From Octopus vulgaris (taxonomy: Eukaryota): 64,000 bases of DNA. Of the stretch, positions 14,000 to 24,712 are shown one piece after another (within the stretch, counting starts at the first letter, position 1; each line of letters opens with the position of its first letter). Below the pieces are notes generated by a model. The model had not been told where the DNA came from and ran no database searches. It was given only the letters and a program-made list of their open reading frames with translations. A program made the position numbers and the translations under genes. The stretch spans positions 42,222,001 through 42,286,000 of the forward strand of contig OX597822.1 of NCBI GenBank assembly GCA_951406725.2, read 5' to 3'.

Positions 14000-15500
14000 C
14001 TAGCAGAGATACCCAGCATTGCTTGGGATTAAAATGGTATAGTTTGTGCATATATTACAGTTATGTTGAAACGTGATATGGGAAAGTGCAGCATTGACAA
14101 CAAAACATTGGTGGAGTAAATGATGGGCTAATTCAACTAGGTGATATGTCATGCATCTGTCTGTTTGGAGGATTCCAGGCCCTAAGCTGTCATGGAAAAT
14201 TTGGGGTGGGGTGTATGGGATTTTTGAATGCACTGAAAAGCTATCAGTGGATATACTCTTCTTTGCAGCGGTCAGTGCTGTGTCTAACATAACCCATTGT
14301 ATGATTGACAGTCAAATGAATGTAGGTGTAATGAAGATATTGTACGTAAATGGGTCCATTCCAGAAAGGGGCTGTAGGTTTAATAGAGATATCGTACGTA
14401 AATAGGTACATTCCAGAAAGGAGCTGCAATGGGAGACAGCAACAGGGAAGAGAACTGTTGAAATGTTGCAGAAGGCGAAGGGTTGACATTGGATTGCTAG
14501 TATGGCTGTAGAATAAGAAACATAAACTGAGCCTATACAGTGACATGAGAATTTGTAGTAATGAATTACTTGAAAAAATAAGGCTGGTTGATGGGAGTAA
14601 TTGGAGAATATACCAAAACTGGTATCCATCTTCACCATTCACAAAGAGCAGTGGATACGGCAGCGCATTGTAGGATGTAGTAAATCCTACAAAACCTCTT
14701 GGTAAACAATATTCTTTGTTTTCCATTGTGGAACAAATGTGAATAGATTTTTTTTACTTCCCACTCTAGAGTAGCCAACATTTAATTGCTCATGTGAGAA
14801 GCATGACTCTACCAAAACAGCGTTTGACCCTGGGATTTATTGATAGCCATTGCGAAGCTGATATGAATGGGAGATTGCACTCTTCTGAATGAAAATGGAA
14901 TTTCTGCTCCCAATAGAATGAGAGGAATTCTGGGTATGAAAACTTTTTCCACATCCAGAGATAATATTTACCTCAATAACATGTGACATCAACTTCTTTA
15001 CGACCAGGATCCAAATTCCTCAATAACATTACTGGAGTTCCCACTTTAAATTCTAATCTGTGAGGAAGTAGTCCTGGAGACACCAATGAATTGAGAAATT
15101 CTGTAGGATAATTTATCACCTCTTCTGAATCTGGGATTGTATCAACTGACTTATAGATGTGAGGACTGCTGGGAAGGTACTGCTCATTAGTTTTACTTAC
15201 AGTACTGGAGTCAGTATTGCTCTTTCACACAGCCAATTGAAACTGCGATAAGTTTTTGACTAATGGATGTAAGGGAGACAATCAATTTCTGAAAGTCACT
15301 TTGCAAAGAATGACCTCCCTTCTCCATGTAACTCAGGAAAAGGTATTTTCTGCTCCCACTGGGCTTGTTAATCAATATATGAAAATTTTTAAGAGTCTAA
15401 AAGCATCTCTGGTACATAAGTAATGTAAGTTCACTGTTTGGAGAAAATCACTTGTGAACTTCAGAAGTTATGCAGGTTTACACACACACAGCCCCCTCAC
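14000..15500 (-). mobile_element. degenerate, rearranged Helitron
   Basis: 3' hairpin + CTAG at 14000-14030. Rep-region YNALPYPLLF..GEDG (~14620-14680). PIF1 helicase motifs YPTEFLNSL..PH.L..KVGTPVMLLRNL and FAMAINKSQGQTL (~14810-15140). Confidence 0.82.
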
Positions 15501-15697
15501 TTATATATATATATATATATATATATATACAAAATTTAGAGGACTGACCACTAAAAGTGAACAGTCTATATGCTAGATATAGACGTCAAATCGCCATTTT
15601 CCACGAAGAATGTGTTCTCAAGAAAAAACTTAGCAAAAACCCAAAGTGTAAAAATAAGCAAGACAAATGAAAATATACGAAATAAAAAAACGATTAC

Positions 15698-15772
15698 CTA
15701 TGTACCAATTGGTTTCACTTGTTAATATTTACGTATATGGACACGCAAACATCTGCAAGATCATCAGCATAG
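15698..15772 (-). ncRNA. type I hammerhead ribozyme (Penelope-like)
   Basis: Minus strand reads CUAUG-CUGAUGA-[long G.U-rich stem II]-GAAA-CCAAUUGG-UA^-CAUAG. The first stem II pair is a U-U mismatch. Confidence 0.65.
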
Positions 15773-16156
15773 TCTGTCGTTTATAAAACACAATTTCCAG
15801 GACTAGATACAGAACGCTCAACCGAAATCCAGTATGTATAAAGTTCTACAATTTATATTTAAGTGTATCTTTCAAATGCCTTCACTTTGGCACGCTGAGA
15901 TCGGAAATTACTCTGCAGTTAATAAACTACAGCAGTCAATTTACCGGTTATTTAATTTTAAAAATTAAATAAGGGTAGAAAAAATCCTCGTTCGACTCCA
16001 TTCTTTTATTCATTTTAAATATTACACAAATTACCACACAAGAACACGGAGTTTCTACCCTTGGCATGTAGCTTCAACCGTGTTTTCTGACGTGAATTTG
16101 CTACCCAGGTATCGGTTATTCGAATTATCAATACTAGGATAATTCATTCACCTACT

Positions 16157-16187
<31 letters not shown>

Positions 16188-16236
16188 TAGGAAGAAATGG
16201 AGCTGAACGAAGATTTAACAAAATTCCTTTTTATTA

Positions 16237-16320
16237 TTTTCTACATATGTTTCAAAGGCTGCAAAGTCCCTAATTCGGATTGAATAAGGAGACCATTTTG
16301 CAGCCTTCTCTTCAGGAAAA
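16237..16320 (-). ncRNA. type I hammerhead ribozyme (Penelope-like element terminus)
   Basis: Minus strand reads UUUUC-CUGAAGA-[gaaggcugcaaa...uuugcagccuuu]-GAAA-CAUAUG-UA^-GAAAA: intact core with a palindromic stem III. Confidence 0.75.
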
Positions 16321-16695
16321 TCCAGGGACTTAATTCTCCAACAAAATGCACAGCAAGCTTTTCGACAAACGCTCACGAGGAGCCCATGGGATAAAATGGA
16401 TTTTCCAGAAGAGAAGGCTGCAAAATGGTCTCCTTATTCAATCCGAATTAGGGACTTTGCAGCCTTTGAAACATATGTAGAAAATAATAATAAAAAGGAA
16501 TTTTGTTAAATCTTCGTTCAGCTCCATTTCTTCCTACACTAAATATATAAAACTTCAAATTTCCGCACTAAGGCACGGGTTTGAGACCCCATGGTCGTAA
16601 CCTCAACAGTGATTTTTCTGTTGTGATTTTTGCTACCCAGGTATCGGTTATCATTTGAATAATCCGTAACTAGATAATTCATCTATCCATTTCAA

Positions 16696-16759
<64 letters not shown>

Positions 16760-16835
16760 CACACACACACGCACATAAATATATATAAAATCTATATAAA
16801 TGAAACAAAATGTAGGTGAATTCATATATACATAC

Positions 16836-16959
16836 GGATCTTTTCACTTTGACTGGCGGATTTAAAAAATAATTTTTATTCTACCAGTATACGAAGTTTA
16901 AAAGTGTTTAGTTACAAAAAAATTATTTTTAAAATCTGCCGGTCAAAGTGAAAAGATCC
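16836..16959. mobile_element. small MITE-like inverted repeat
   Basis: ~40-bp arms GGATCTTTTCACTTTGAC.GGC.GATTT.AAAAATAATTTTT and their reverse complement, with TA-rich flanks. Confidence 0.6.
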
Positions 16960-17708
16960 TATAATACATATGAGAGAAGTTATTACAAATATATTATTTA
17001 AAAACCCTTATATAACATTACGGAGATATTATTTGATATAATATATATGAGAGATAAATTATTACCAATTTATTTTTAAAATTTTTATACAGTATTATAT
17101 ATATAAGTCTAACTATGTGAATCATTAATATTTTTACCAACTTATATGGGTACTATATGGCTAAAATACATGCCGGAAGCCAGTTGGACCAAACTCAAAC
17201 AAAGGACAAAACATCAAAAGTGACCGTATATATTGTCTCAACATGTTGTTAATCGCTAAAATTACGCCCAGAATTCAATCTCCGAATACTCACATATTCT
17301 CTTCTATATATAACTGTACATACATACTGCCAAATTGTAGTCATTATCGTTAAAAATATGTTCAAAATCTATTATATCTGACAAATTGTTTCAAATGCAA
17401 GACTTCACTGCCAAATGCCTAAAATGCAAGATTCCATGTCATGTTGTTAAGTCACTTAATTAATAAACTCCTTAGTCATTTAGTCCTTAAAAATATTTAT
17501 CCATCTATTTATTTATCCAATTACTTTTACTGTTATATTTAAGAGATGTGGTTGAGTTAGGGTTTTTTTTATTTATAAATAAATAAATCGAAGGGAGCAA
17601 GGGATGTAACTCTAGATTTGAACAGCTCAATTTATAATAATAATAATAATAATAATAATTGTGTACAGTGCTCAGGTGCACTACAACTCATCTAAAGTGT
17701 ATATATAA

Positions 17709-20540
17709 TCAGGTGAAGTTTCGGCGGATTTCGGAAAGCATGAGGGCCTTAAAAGATGCAGTGTCATGGCAGTCAACAACTGACGCAGGCAGTTTATTCC
17801 ATGCTTCAGCAACTCTGAGCGTGAAAAAATGTTTCCGAAAGTCATGGGAGCTGTATTGTTTTCTGACTTTGTAGGCATGTCCACGTGTGTTAGACACATG
17901 GAGATCAAAAAGGTGTTCAGTGTTGTTGTTGGTGAGGTGGTTGATAACTTTGTGGGTGTTTACCAAGTCCGTCGCCAAACGCCGGAGCTTCAGTGAATCC
18001 ATGCCCAGGGAAACAAGGCGCTCAGAATATGGTAGGTGTCTGATGGAGGGTATGCGTTTGGTTGCACGTCTCTGGACAGATTCCAGGAGGTCAATGTTCT
18101 GTGCAAGATAGGGGTTCCAAATTGATGATGCGAATTCCAAGTGTGGTCGTACCATAGCTGTATACAGTTTTAAATAGATGGCTGGAGAGCGGCTAACAAA
18201 AGACCTGCTGAGTGATGCCAAGACACCCTCGGCCTTCCTGACAATCTTAGAGATATGCTTTGACCAACGCAAATCACTGCTGACAGTGATGCCTAGGTCA
18301 CGCTCGCAAGAGGATTTCTTGATATCAGTGTTGTGGAGGGAGTATGTGAACGCAGGGTTTTTTCTCCCAAAATGCATGGTGGTACACTTGTCCACAGCCA
18401 GTTTCAGTTGCCAGTCTGTGATCCATTGCTGCATTGTGTCTAGGTCTGATTGCAGGAAAGAGTTGTAGACATCAGGATCTGTCCTCTTGATTTCAAGGTA
18501 CAGCTTGATGTCGTCTGCATATTTCAATACTGTGGCATTCTTTAAATTGGCATCTATGTCGTTAATGTATGCCACAAACAAGAGGGGGCCAAGGACAGAT
18601 CCCTGTGGTACACCCGATGACATCTCATATGGTGTAGAGTGCTGTCCTAGAACTGTGACTACCTCCTTTCGGCTGAGGATGAAGGATTTCAACCAGTTAA
18701 AAAGGTCATCCCCCACACCCATTGCAGAGAGTTTCACCATAAGCCTTTTGTGTGGCACAGAGTTGAAAGCCTTAGCAAAGTCAAGGTAGACAACATCCAC
18801 CCATGAGCCACTGTCAGTAATCTGAGTAATGTCCTCAAGGAACTCGACAAGCTGGTCACTGCAGCTGGAGTTAGGGACAAATCCATATTGTGAGGGTCGG
18901 ATGAGACTGTGAGAGCTCCAGAAGTTCCAGAGTGTTTCTCTGACACACGATTCCATCAGTTTTGCAATACAGCTAGTGAGACTGACTGGGCGATAGTTGA
19001 CAGGTGATGTGCGGTCGCCCTTTTTGAACAGAGGAATGACACTGGCAGTTTTCCACTGCTCCGGAGTAGCACCATTGTTGAGACAGTACTGGAAGAAAAT
19101 AGAAAGCTGGTGCAAAAGGAAGTGCCTGCCACGTTTGAGAAGCAGGTATGTAACTCCATCGAGACCAGGGGAGGCATAGTTGCGCTTATTTTGAAGGTGA
19201 CGTCGCAGCATTGCAGGTGTAAATTCCATAGTTGTTATGGAGTTTGCTGTTAGTGATGGTGAAGATGGTACATTTTGACTTTCAACAGTGAATATGTTTG
19301 CATAGCACTCGGCAATGAGTTCTGCGCATTCCTTGGGGTCGTCAGTGATCTGGTTTGTGTGAGGGTTGCGAAGAGGGCCCACTGGAGAGTGAGGTCTCTG
19401 CTTTGAGTGCACATATTTCCAGAAAACCTTGCTGTCAGGATTGGCTGCTATGCACTGTTCAAATTCAAGCACTGCTTTTTTTGTCACTTGCTTGAGATGG
19501 TTGGAGGATTTATTCCGCTTCTTCCTGCTGGTGTCTGATTTATGCAACCTGTATTCCCGTTCAGCAGTCCGACGTTCCCTCCTGGCAAGTCGGACCGCTG
19601 AAGTTTCCCAAATTGCCCTTTTGGGGCGGTTCTTCTTTTTTTGTTTACGTGGCACTGATGCTGCACATGCTGCCCATATTGAGTCCAGGATACTCTGGAG
19701 TATAGTATTCACATCTCCAGAGTTGTAGAATTCACGCCAGTTTGGGTGCTGTAGTTCAGTGTGGTACAGGTTCCAATCTGCTCTCTTCCAATCGAAGGAA
19801 GCAGATTGGAGATGGTTCAGGTTTTTGTTGCCCGCAAGAGCCAGATTGGCGATGATCATAGCATGATCAGAGTCACCTAGAGGTTCCTCCGTAGTGCAAT
19901 TGATAACCGCTTCAGGAGTTGTGGTGAAGAGCAGGTCCAAGGTGTTGTCGCCTCTTGTTGGAGAGGTGACTACTTGTGACCAGTTTGAGTCCAGCACAAG
20001 CTCAACAAAATCGTTTGCACTCTGTGGCCAATGGAAGGTCTCCCAATCGATCTCAGGATGATTGAAATCGCCTGCAATAAACACATAAGTGGCTGTTTTC
20101 CTGGCAGCAGCTCGGAGGACATTGCAAAGCTGTGTGTCCCGATGGTAACTTGGGGGACGATAAACAACGCCAAGCAGGAGTGTTGACATGGTCATACGCA
20201 CGTCACAGAAAAAAACTTCTTCTTGTGATTCGTTCAAATCGGCACAAGGAATTACCAAAAAATTTGAACGAACGTAGACCATCACACCACCACCACGGCG
20301 GTTAGTGCGGTCCTTACGGAAGAGGTTGTACCCCGTAATGTTGAAAACCCCATTACAGAGTAAGGAATGCGCCCATGTTTCCGTGACAGTGATGAAGTCA
20401 GGGTCAACACTTCTGACGTAGGCGTTGAACAAATGTATTTTGTTGCATAAACTGCGAGCATTTAAGGACAACAATTTGTACCCTGCTCGCAGTTTATGAT
20501 GGTGTGTAGAGGATGGCAGGTTGTTCTGGCTTAGTTTCCC
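17709..20540 (-). CDS. LINE ORF2: APE endonuclease + reverse transcriptase
   Basis: EN motifs LNARS, VTETW, GDFNHP, LDL, SDH. RT motifs NYRPVSL, LDFAKAFNSV, GVPQGSVLGP, YADD. The frame is open from the ORF1 end (20540) with no ATG before the EN catalytic residues. Confidence 0.93.
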   Translation of the reverse strand, partial: GKLSQNNLPSSTHHHKLRAGYKLLSLNARSLCNKIHLFNAYVRSVDPDFITVTETWAHSLLCNGVFNITGYNLFRKDRTNRRGGGVMVYVRSNFLVIPCADLNESQEEVFFCDVRMTMSTLLLGVVYRPPSYHRDTQLCNVLRAAARKTATYVFIAGDFNHPEIDWETFHWPQSANDFVELVLDSNWSQVVTSPTRGDNTLDLLFTTTPEAVINCTTEEPLGDSDHAMIIANLALAGNKNLNHLQSASFDWKRADWNLYHTELQHPNWREFYNSGDVNTILQSILDSIWAACAASVPRKQKKKNRPKRAIWETSAVRLARRERRTAEREYRLHKSDTSRKKRNKSSNHLKQVTKKAVLEFEQCIAANPDSKVFWKYVHSKQRPHSPVGPLRNPHTNQITDDPKECAELIAECYANIFTVESQNVPSSPSLTANSITTMEFTPAMLRRHLQNKRNYASPGLDGVTYLLLKRGRHFLLHQLSIFFQYCLNNGATPEQWKTASVIPLFKKGDRTSPVNYRPVSLTSCIAKLMESCVRETLWNFWSSHSLIRPSQYGFVPNSSCSDQLVEFLEDITQITDSGSWVDVVYLDFAKAFNSVPHKRLMVKLSAMGVGDDLFNWLKSFILSRKEVVTVLGQHSTPYEMSSGVPQGSVLGPLLFVAYINDIDANLKNATVLKYADDIKLYLEIKRTDPDVYNSFLQSDLDTMQQWITDWQLKLAVDKCTTMHFGRKNPAFTYSLHNTDIKKSSCERDLGITVSSDLRWSKHISKIVRKAEGVLASLSRSFVSRSPAIYLKLYTAMVRPHLEFASSIWNPYLAQNIDLLESVQRRATKRIPSIRHLPYSERLVSLGMDSLKLRRLATDLVNTHKVINHLTNNNTEHLFDLHVSNTRGHAYKVRKQYSSHDFRKHFFTLRVAEAWNKLPASVVDCHDTASFKALMLSEIRRNFT

Positions 20541-21760
20541 TGAGTTGCTGTAGTTTTTTTAGTTATTGTGGGTAGAGAGCACTCAGACCAGCTGGTATCT
20601 CTCTTCCACGTTTCAGCAGTCTTGACAAATCTCCAGATTTGTCCATCTTCCCGAAGACTGAAGCTTTCCTGTAGAGCTGAGTTCCTATTCAGGGAAGCCA
20701 CTACACGTAGCTTTGGGCGTACATCGGACGGTAAGCCTGGGCGTGTTCGGAAGGTGGTCCGATTTTCCCGCCCAGCTTTAACTGAGGCCAGATGGTAAGA
20801 GGTTGCCTCAGTGGGGTCCGTAAAAGACAACTTGATGAGCCAAGGTTTTGGGCCAGGTCGTCCAAGGCGGATAGCACCCGTTGGGGGAACGCAGCCTAGG
20901 TCTTTGGCTGAGTTGGCAGCAAAAGCCTGAAGATCAGCCATGTCTTCTGGCACCCCAATGGCAATGACTTCATGGGTGGCAGAATCCGCGGTCTTAAATG
21001 CGACAAGAGGTACAGGTACAGGGAGGTTCTTTAGCAGAGCATTCCGATAAGACCCCTCATTGTGGAGTCCAACCTGAATGGTTGCTTTTATTCCTGCTAC
21101 TTCCCCTTTTAAAGCACAGATCGATTGTTGCAGTTCTGCAAGAACCGCACTGGTCAATTGGTGTTGTTGTTGTTGCTGCTGTTGCTCTGGTTGTGGTTGA
21201 TTTTGTTGTTGCTGTTGTTGTTGTTGATGTTGTTGTTGCTGCTGCTCTGGTTGTGGTTGATTTTGTTGTTGCTGCTGCTCTGGTTGTGGTTGATTTTGTT
21301 GTTGCTGCTGCTGCTGCTCTAGTTGTTGCTGCTGCTGTTGTTGTTGCTGTTGTTGTTGCTGCTGCTCTGGTTGTGGTTGATTTTGTTGTTGCTGCTGTTG
21401 CTGTTCCGCCTCCTCCACGGGAGTGGCAGGGGGAGACACAATCGTCGGTTGTGGAGGCACGCAGGCCTGACACTGAAAAGTCCAAGATTTAAGCTGAACC
21501 ATCTTCCAGAGTCTATCCATCATAGCATTATGATGGCTCTTTTTTTGGCCTGGGATCTTCTGAAAGTCCGTGGCACATTGGAGGCAGACAGAGATGAGAC
21601 ATGTCCCACATTCGACCCAGCGATTACGGAACGTATTTTCGGGTTCCGTACAGATGTGGCAGGTGTGATTTTCTGGGCAGTGTTCTATTTTAGAGCAGCG
21701 ACCAGTCTTATCGCACGCCGCTATGGATTTCACCATGGCGATTCTGTTGGTTCTGGTCAT
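20531..21760 (-). CDS. LINE ORF1: PHD-like finger, polyQ tract, coiled coil, RRM-like domain
   Basis: CHIC..CGTC..CLQC..W-x-FQCQAC, then (NQPQPEQn) repeats, a heptad region, and VIAIGVPE / IRLGR..PWLIKLSF as in CR1/L2 ORF1. Ends QGN*. Confidence 0.88.
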   Translation of the reverse strand: MTRTNRIAMVKSIAACDKTGRCSKIEHCPENHTCHICTEPENTFRNRWVECGTCLISVCLQCATDFQKIPGQKKSHHNAMMDRLWKMVQLKSWTFQCQACVPPQPTIVSPPATPVEEAEQQQQQQQNQPQPEQQQQQQQQQQQQQQLEQQQQQQQNQPQPEQQQQQNQPQPEQQQQQHQQQQQQQQNQPQPEQQQQQQQHQLTSAVLAELQQSICALKGEVAGIKATIQVGLHNEGSYRNALLKNLPVPVPLVAFKTADSATHEVIAIGVPEDMADLQAFAANSAKDLGCVPPTGAIRLGRPGPKPWLIKLSFTDPTEATSYHLASVKAGRENRTTFRTRPGLPSDVRPKLRVVASLNRNSALQESFSLREDGQIWRFVKTAETWKRDTSWSECSLPTITKKTTATQGN

Positions 21761-22924
21761 CCGTAGAGACAGAAAATGTAAACAACAATACGATAAAAGT
21801 AAAATATAAAATATTTGTTTTTGATTCGTTCTTTTATGTGTATATTCCTTGTTCTTAAATATTGCGTGTGTATATACACATGTTTCGTTCTTTTTTGTGT
21901 ATATTCCTTTTTTTCTTAAATATTGCGTGTGTATACATAAAAGTATTTGTGCGTATAGACACGGAGAAAGTTTGTAAACAGAAATGAAATTTTTGATTTT
22001 TTTGCAGTGTAGTCCGTCACATTAAATAGTGTGATTTATTTTCACTCTGCACGTATATACATGTGTGCTACAAGTATCTATGTATGTATGTATGTCACTG
22101 CTTTATAAATTTTGGACGTACTTACTGTCGTTCAACGATTTCTTTTACCCTCAACTACACGTGGTGAATTCTTCCATTGTAGATCTGTGGTGGTCATCGT
22201 CGTAATATTTTCTCTTTAGTTTCCTCGCCAAATTGATTATACCCTAATCAAACCATTTGTTTGTCTACTTGTGAATGTGTCTTTGTTTTAGTAACATTGT
22301 ATTTTCCTCCTTTTCCTTTTTCATTCCCATATTATATGGAACTTCGGTGGACAGCTACTCTAAGACTCTGTATCATGACATGTTATTGGCTTGGAAAATG
22401 CAAAGGAAAATGCTTGGCTAACCTCATTTGATATTATTTGGGTCCCCAAAATAAATCCAGTTCATTGAATTGTTACTGAGAGGAAGAGGAGGAGAAAGAG
22501 GATGCTGCTGCTGCAGATGATGATGATGATGATGGAAATGACAATGATGAGCAGAATCCACTGTTGGGATTTAAGTCCACATCATCCACATCCTCCTGGA
22601 TAAAATAAGAACAAGTCAAATACAGGAGTTGTTCTAATCAGTTATATCTTCCATACAAAATTATGTGATCTTGTGCCTGTGTAGTCCTAGATACATTGTG
22701 ACTGATGATAGAAAGACAAGATAGCCCAATCATGAAAAATCTTATAATATCCAAATTGTTAATTACTTAAACAATTAATCGAGCTACATAACCACATCTG
22801 TTCTTACAACAGCTAACCAATTAACTAATTAATTGATTAATTAATCAATTACTTAGTCAATCAATCCAATCCTAGGTTATACATTGGGGTTGCACATCAT
22901 AGTCTATTATCATATACATGCTTA

Positions 22925-22963
<39 letters not shown>

Positions 22964-22964
22964 G

Positions 22965-22998
<34 letters not shown>

Positions 22999-23004
22999 AC
23001 CACA

Positions 23005-23300
23005 TATAGACAGCAACAGGGAAGTGAACAGTTGAAATGTTGCAGAAGGCATCCATATCTTTTACAAGTACAGAAATCAAAGGCTAGGTGTATGGGACTT
23101 AATTCTTCGTAACGTAATACATTTCATAATGGCATATAATAATTCTTTTGAATAAAAGATAGTTTTGATGAATTTCTACAGTCACTACTCTCTGGAAGTG
23201 TGACAACATTATTTCTTTGTTTTGGCATTATTGGATAAGATAGAAAATAGCTAGAAATGATGATCGATTTATTCACAAATCTTCAATACCGGAAAGTGCA
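23005..23300 (-). mobile_element. Helitron fragment
   Basis: Shares GACAGCAACAGGGAAG..AACxGTTGAAATGTTGCAGAAGGC with ~14435-14477. Confidence 0.5.
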
Positions 23301-23454
23301 ACACTGGCACCTTCAAAACCAACCATTTGTATTTTTCTTTGATATGAGAAAATCCTTTAGTTACATTCTGGATATAGTGAGAGAAATAAAGAGGGTGTAA
23401 AGATCCTAGAGTTCTGTGATGCATCTACTTTGATATTGCAACACATACACTTTA

Positions 23455-23625
23455 AGAAGTCAGCCAATCACTTCATCACCAAACAGTCTGGTGAACACGT
23501 AAGTCAGATTGATTATATTTTCATCAGGAAATGGGAGAGAGGCTTTTGTAAATACCAAAACCTTTACTGGAGAGGAATGCACAATGCAGCATAGATCAGT
23601 GGTTAGTGACTTCAGAATCAGAAAA
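23455..23625 (+). mobile_element. RTE endonuclease fragment
   Basis: HFITKQSGEHVSQIDYIFIRK and TFTGEECTMQHRSVVSDFRI. Confidence 0.6.
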
Positions 23626-24712
23626 TGATATGGCAAAGGAACATACAAAAACTAAAAGATTGGGTAGAGATACCAGTAGCAGAGATGACAACTGTTTAGG
23701 GGTGCTGATAAGACAAGTGGCTGGGGCAAAGTCCCAGTTAAACTGAAGTTAAAATGGTAATATGAAAAGATTCATTGAACAGTAAAGGCTAGAACACAGA
23801 CTTGACTATCAGTCATCTCTCCTTTCCTGCCTCCATCCAACTGTGTACCACTGGTTGCCTCTTAATTCTACCAAATCTCTACAGTTGTCACCAACTCTTC
23901 CCTATTTATTATCTTTCATTATATTCATCCCCTCACCTGTTCCCCATCTCTAATCATCTCCCACTCTCACTTTCTTCTCTCCTATCTCCACTCACATCAT
24001 CTCTCTAGGTTCACCCTGATACCTCATCATCACTATTTTTCTCTTTCCAGCTCCACCCTGGCTACTTCTACCCTTCCTCCTATAATGTGAATAACTCTGT
24101 GGGTCCTCTACAGCAAGAAACCTGTTTTGTTCTCTGATACTTTAACCCTCTCTCAAACTTTCCTACCCTCACACTTTAGCCCCCTCATTCCACAGTATAA
24201 TATTGCCTCCCACTCAGCTGAAGCAGACTTTATTCTTGCAGGTTACATGGTGACCTCACTAGTGTTAGTGCCATACAAAAGAGCACCCAATATTTGCTAT
24301 AAAGTTGTTGACATTCGGAAAGGTATCCAGCTGTAAAAGCCTTGCCAAAGCAGACACTGAAGCATGATGCAGTCCTTGGTCCCTGTCTGGAACATAGATG
24401 ATAAATGATGATGATGATGATAATGAAGATGATGTCTTCTCTGAATGAAACATTTATTTATTGAATTTAAAATAGTTACTTACTTTGTGAGATTTATGGT
24501 TGCTTTTCTCTGTAGTAAATACTGTTTCACTCAAATGTGTACTTTATAAATATTTGCAGTGAATACAGGTTGTTTAACAACATTGATTTATAGAGAACCA
24601 TTCTCGCCAAATGACTAGTAACACTTTTGTGGTATGTAAAAAATAGAACTTGCAATATATAATTTCTACAAGAAACCCATTCTGTTCTGACCCCTTCTCT
24701 CATACTTTAAGC

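Larger units (their letters stand above)
15530..16700. mobile_element. cluster of Penelope-like element termini (pLTR remnants) at (TA)n
   Basis: Contains hammerheads, a ~145-bp inverted repeat (16182-16324 / 16396-16545), and two diverged copies of a tail containing TTTGCTACCCAGGTATCGGTTAT (~16097 and ~16628). Confidence 0.65.
17633..21900 (-). mobile_element. near full-length CR1-clade LINE retrotransposon (5' boundary uncertain)
   Basis: Uninterrupted ORF1 and ORF2, a short 3' UTR and an (ATT)n tail at ~17633-17659. The ORF2 C-terminus TRGHAYK...RKHFFTLRVAEAWNKLP is CR1-type. Confidence 0.92.

Noticed and set aside
20998-21766. Poly-Val/Ala, poly-Leu and poly-Thr ORFs overlapping LINE ORF1
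   Set aside because: These are alternative-frame or antisense readings of the CAA/CAG polyQ tract.
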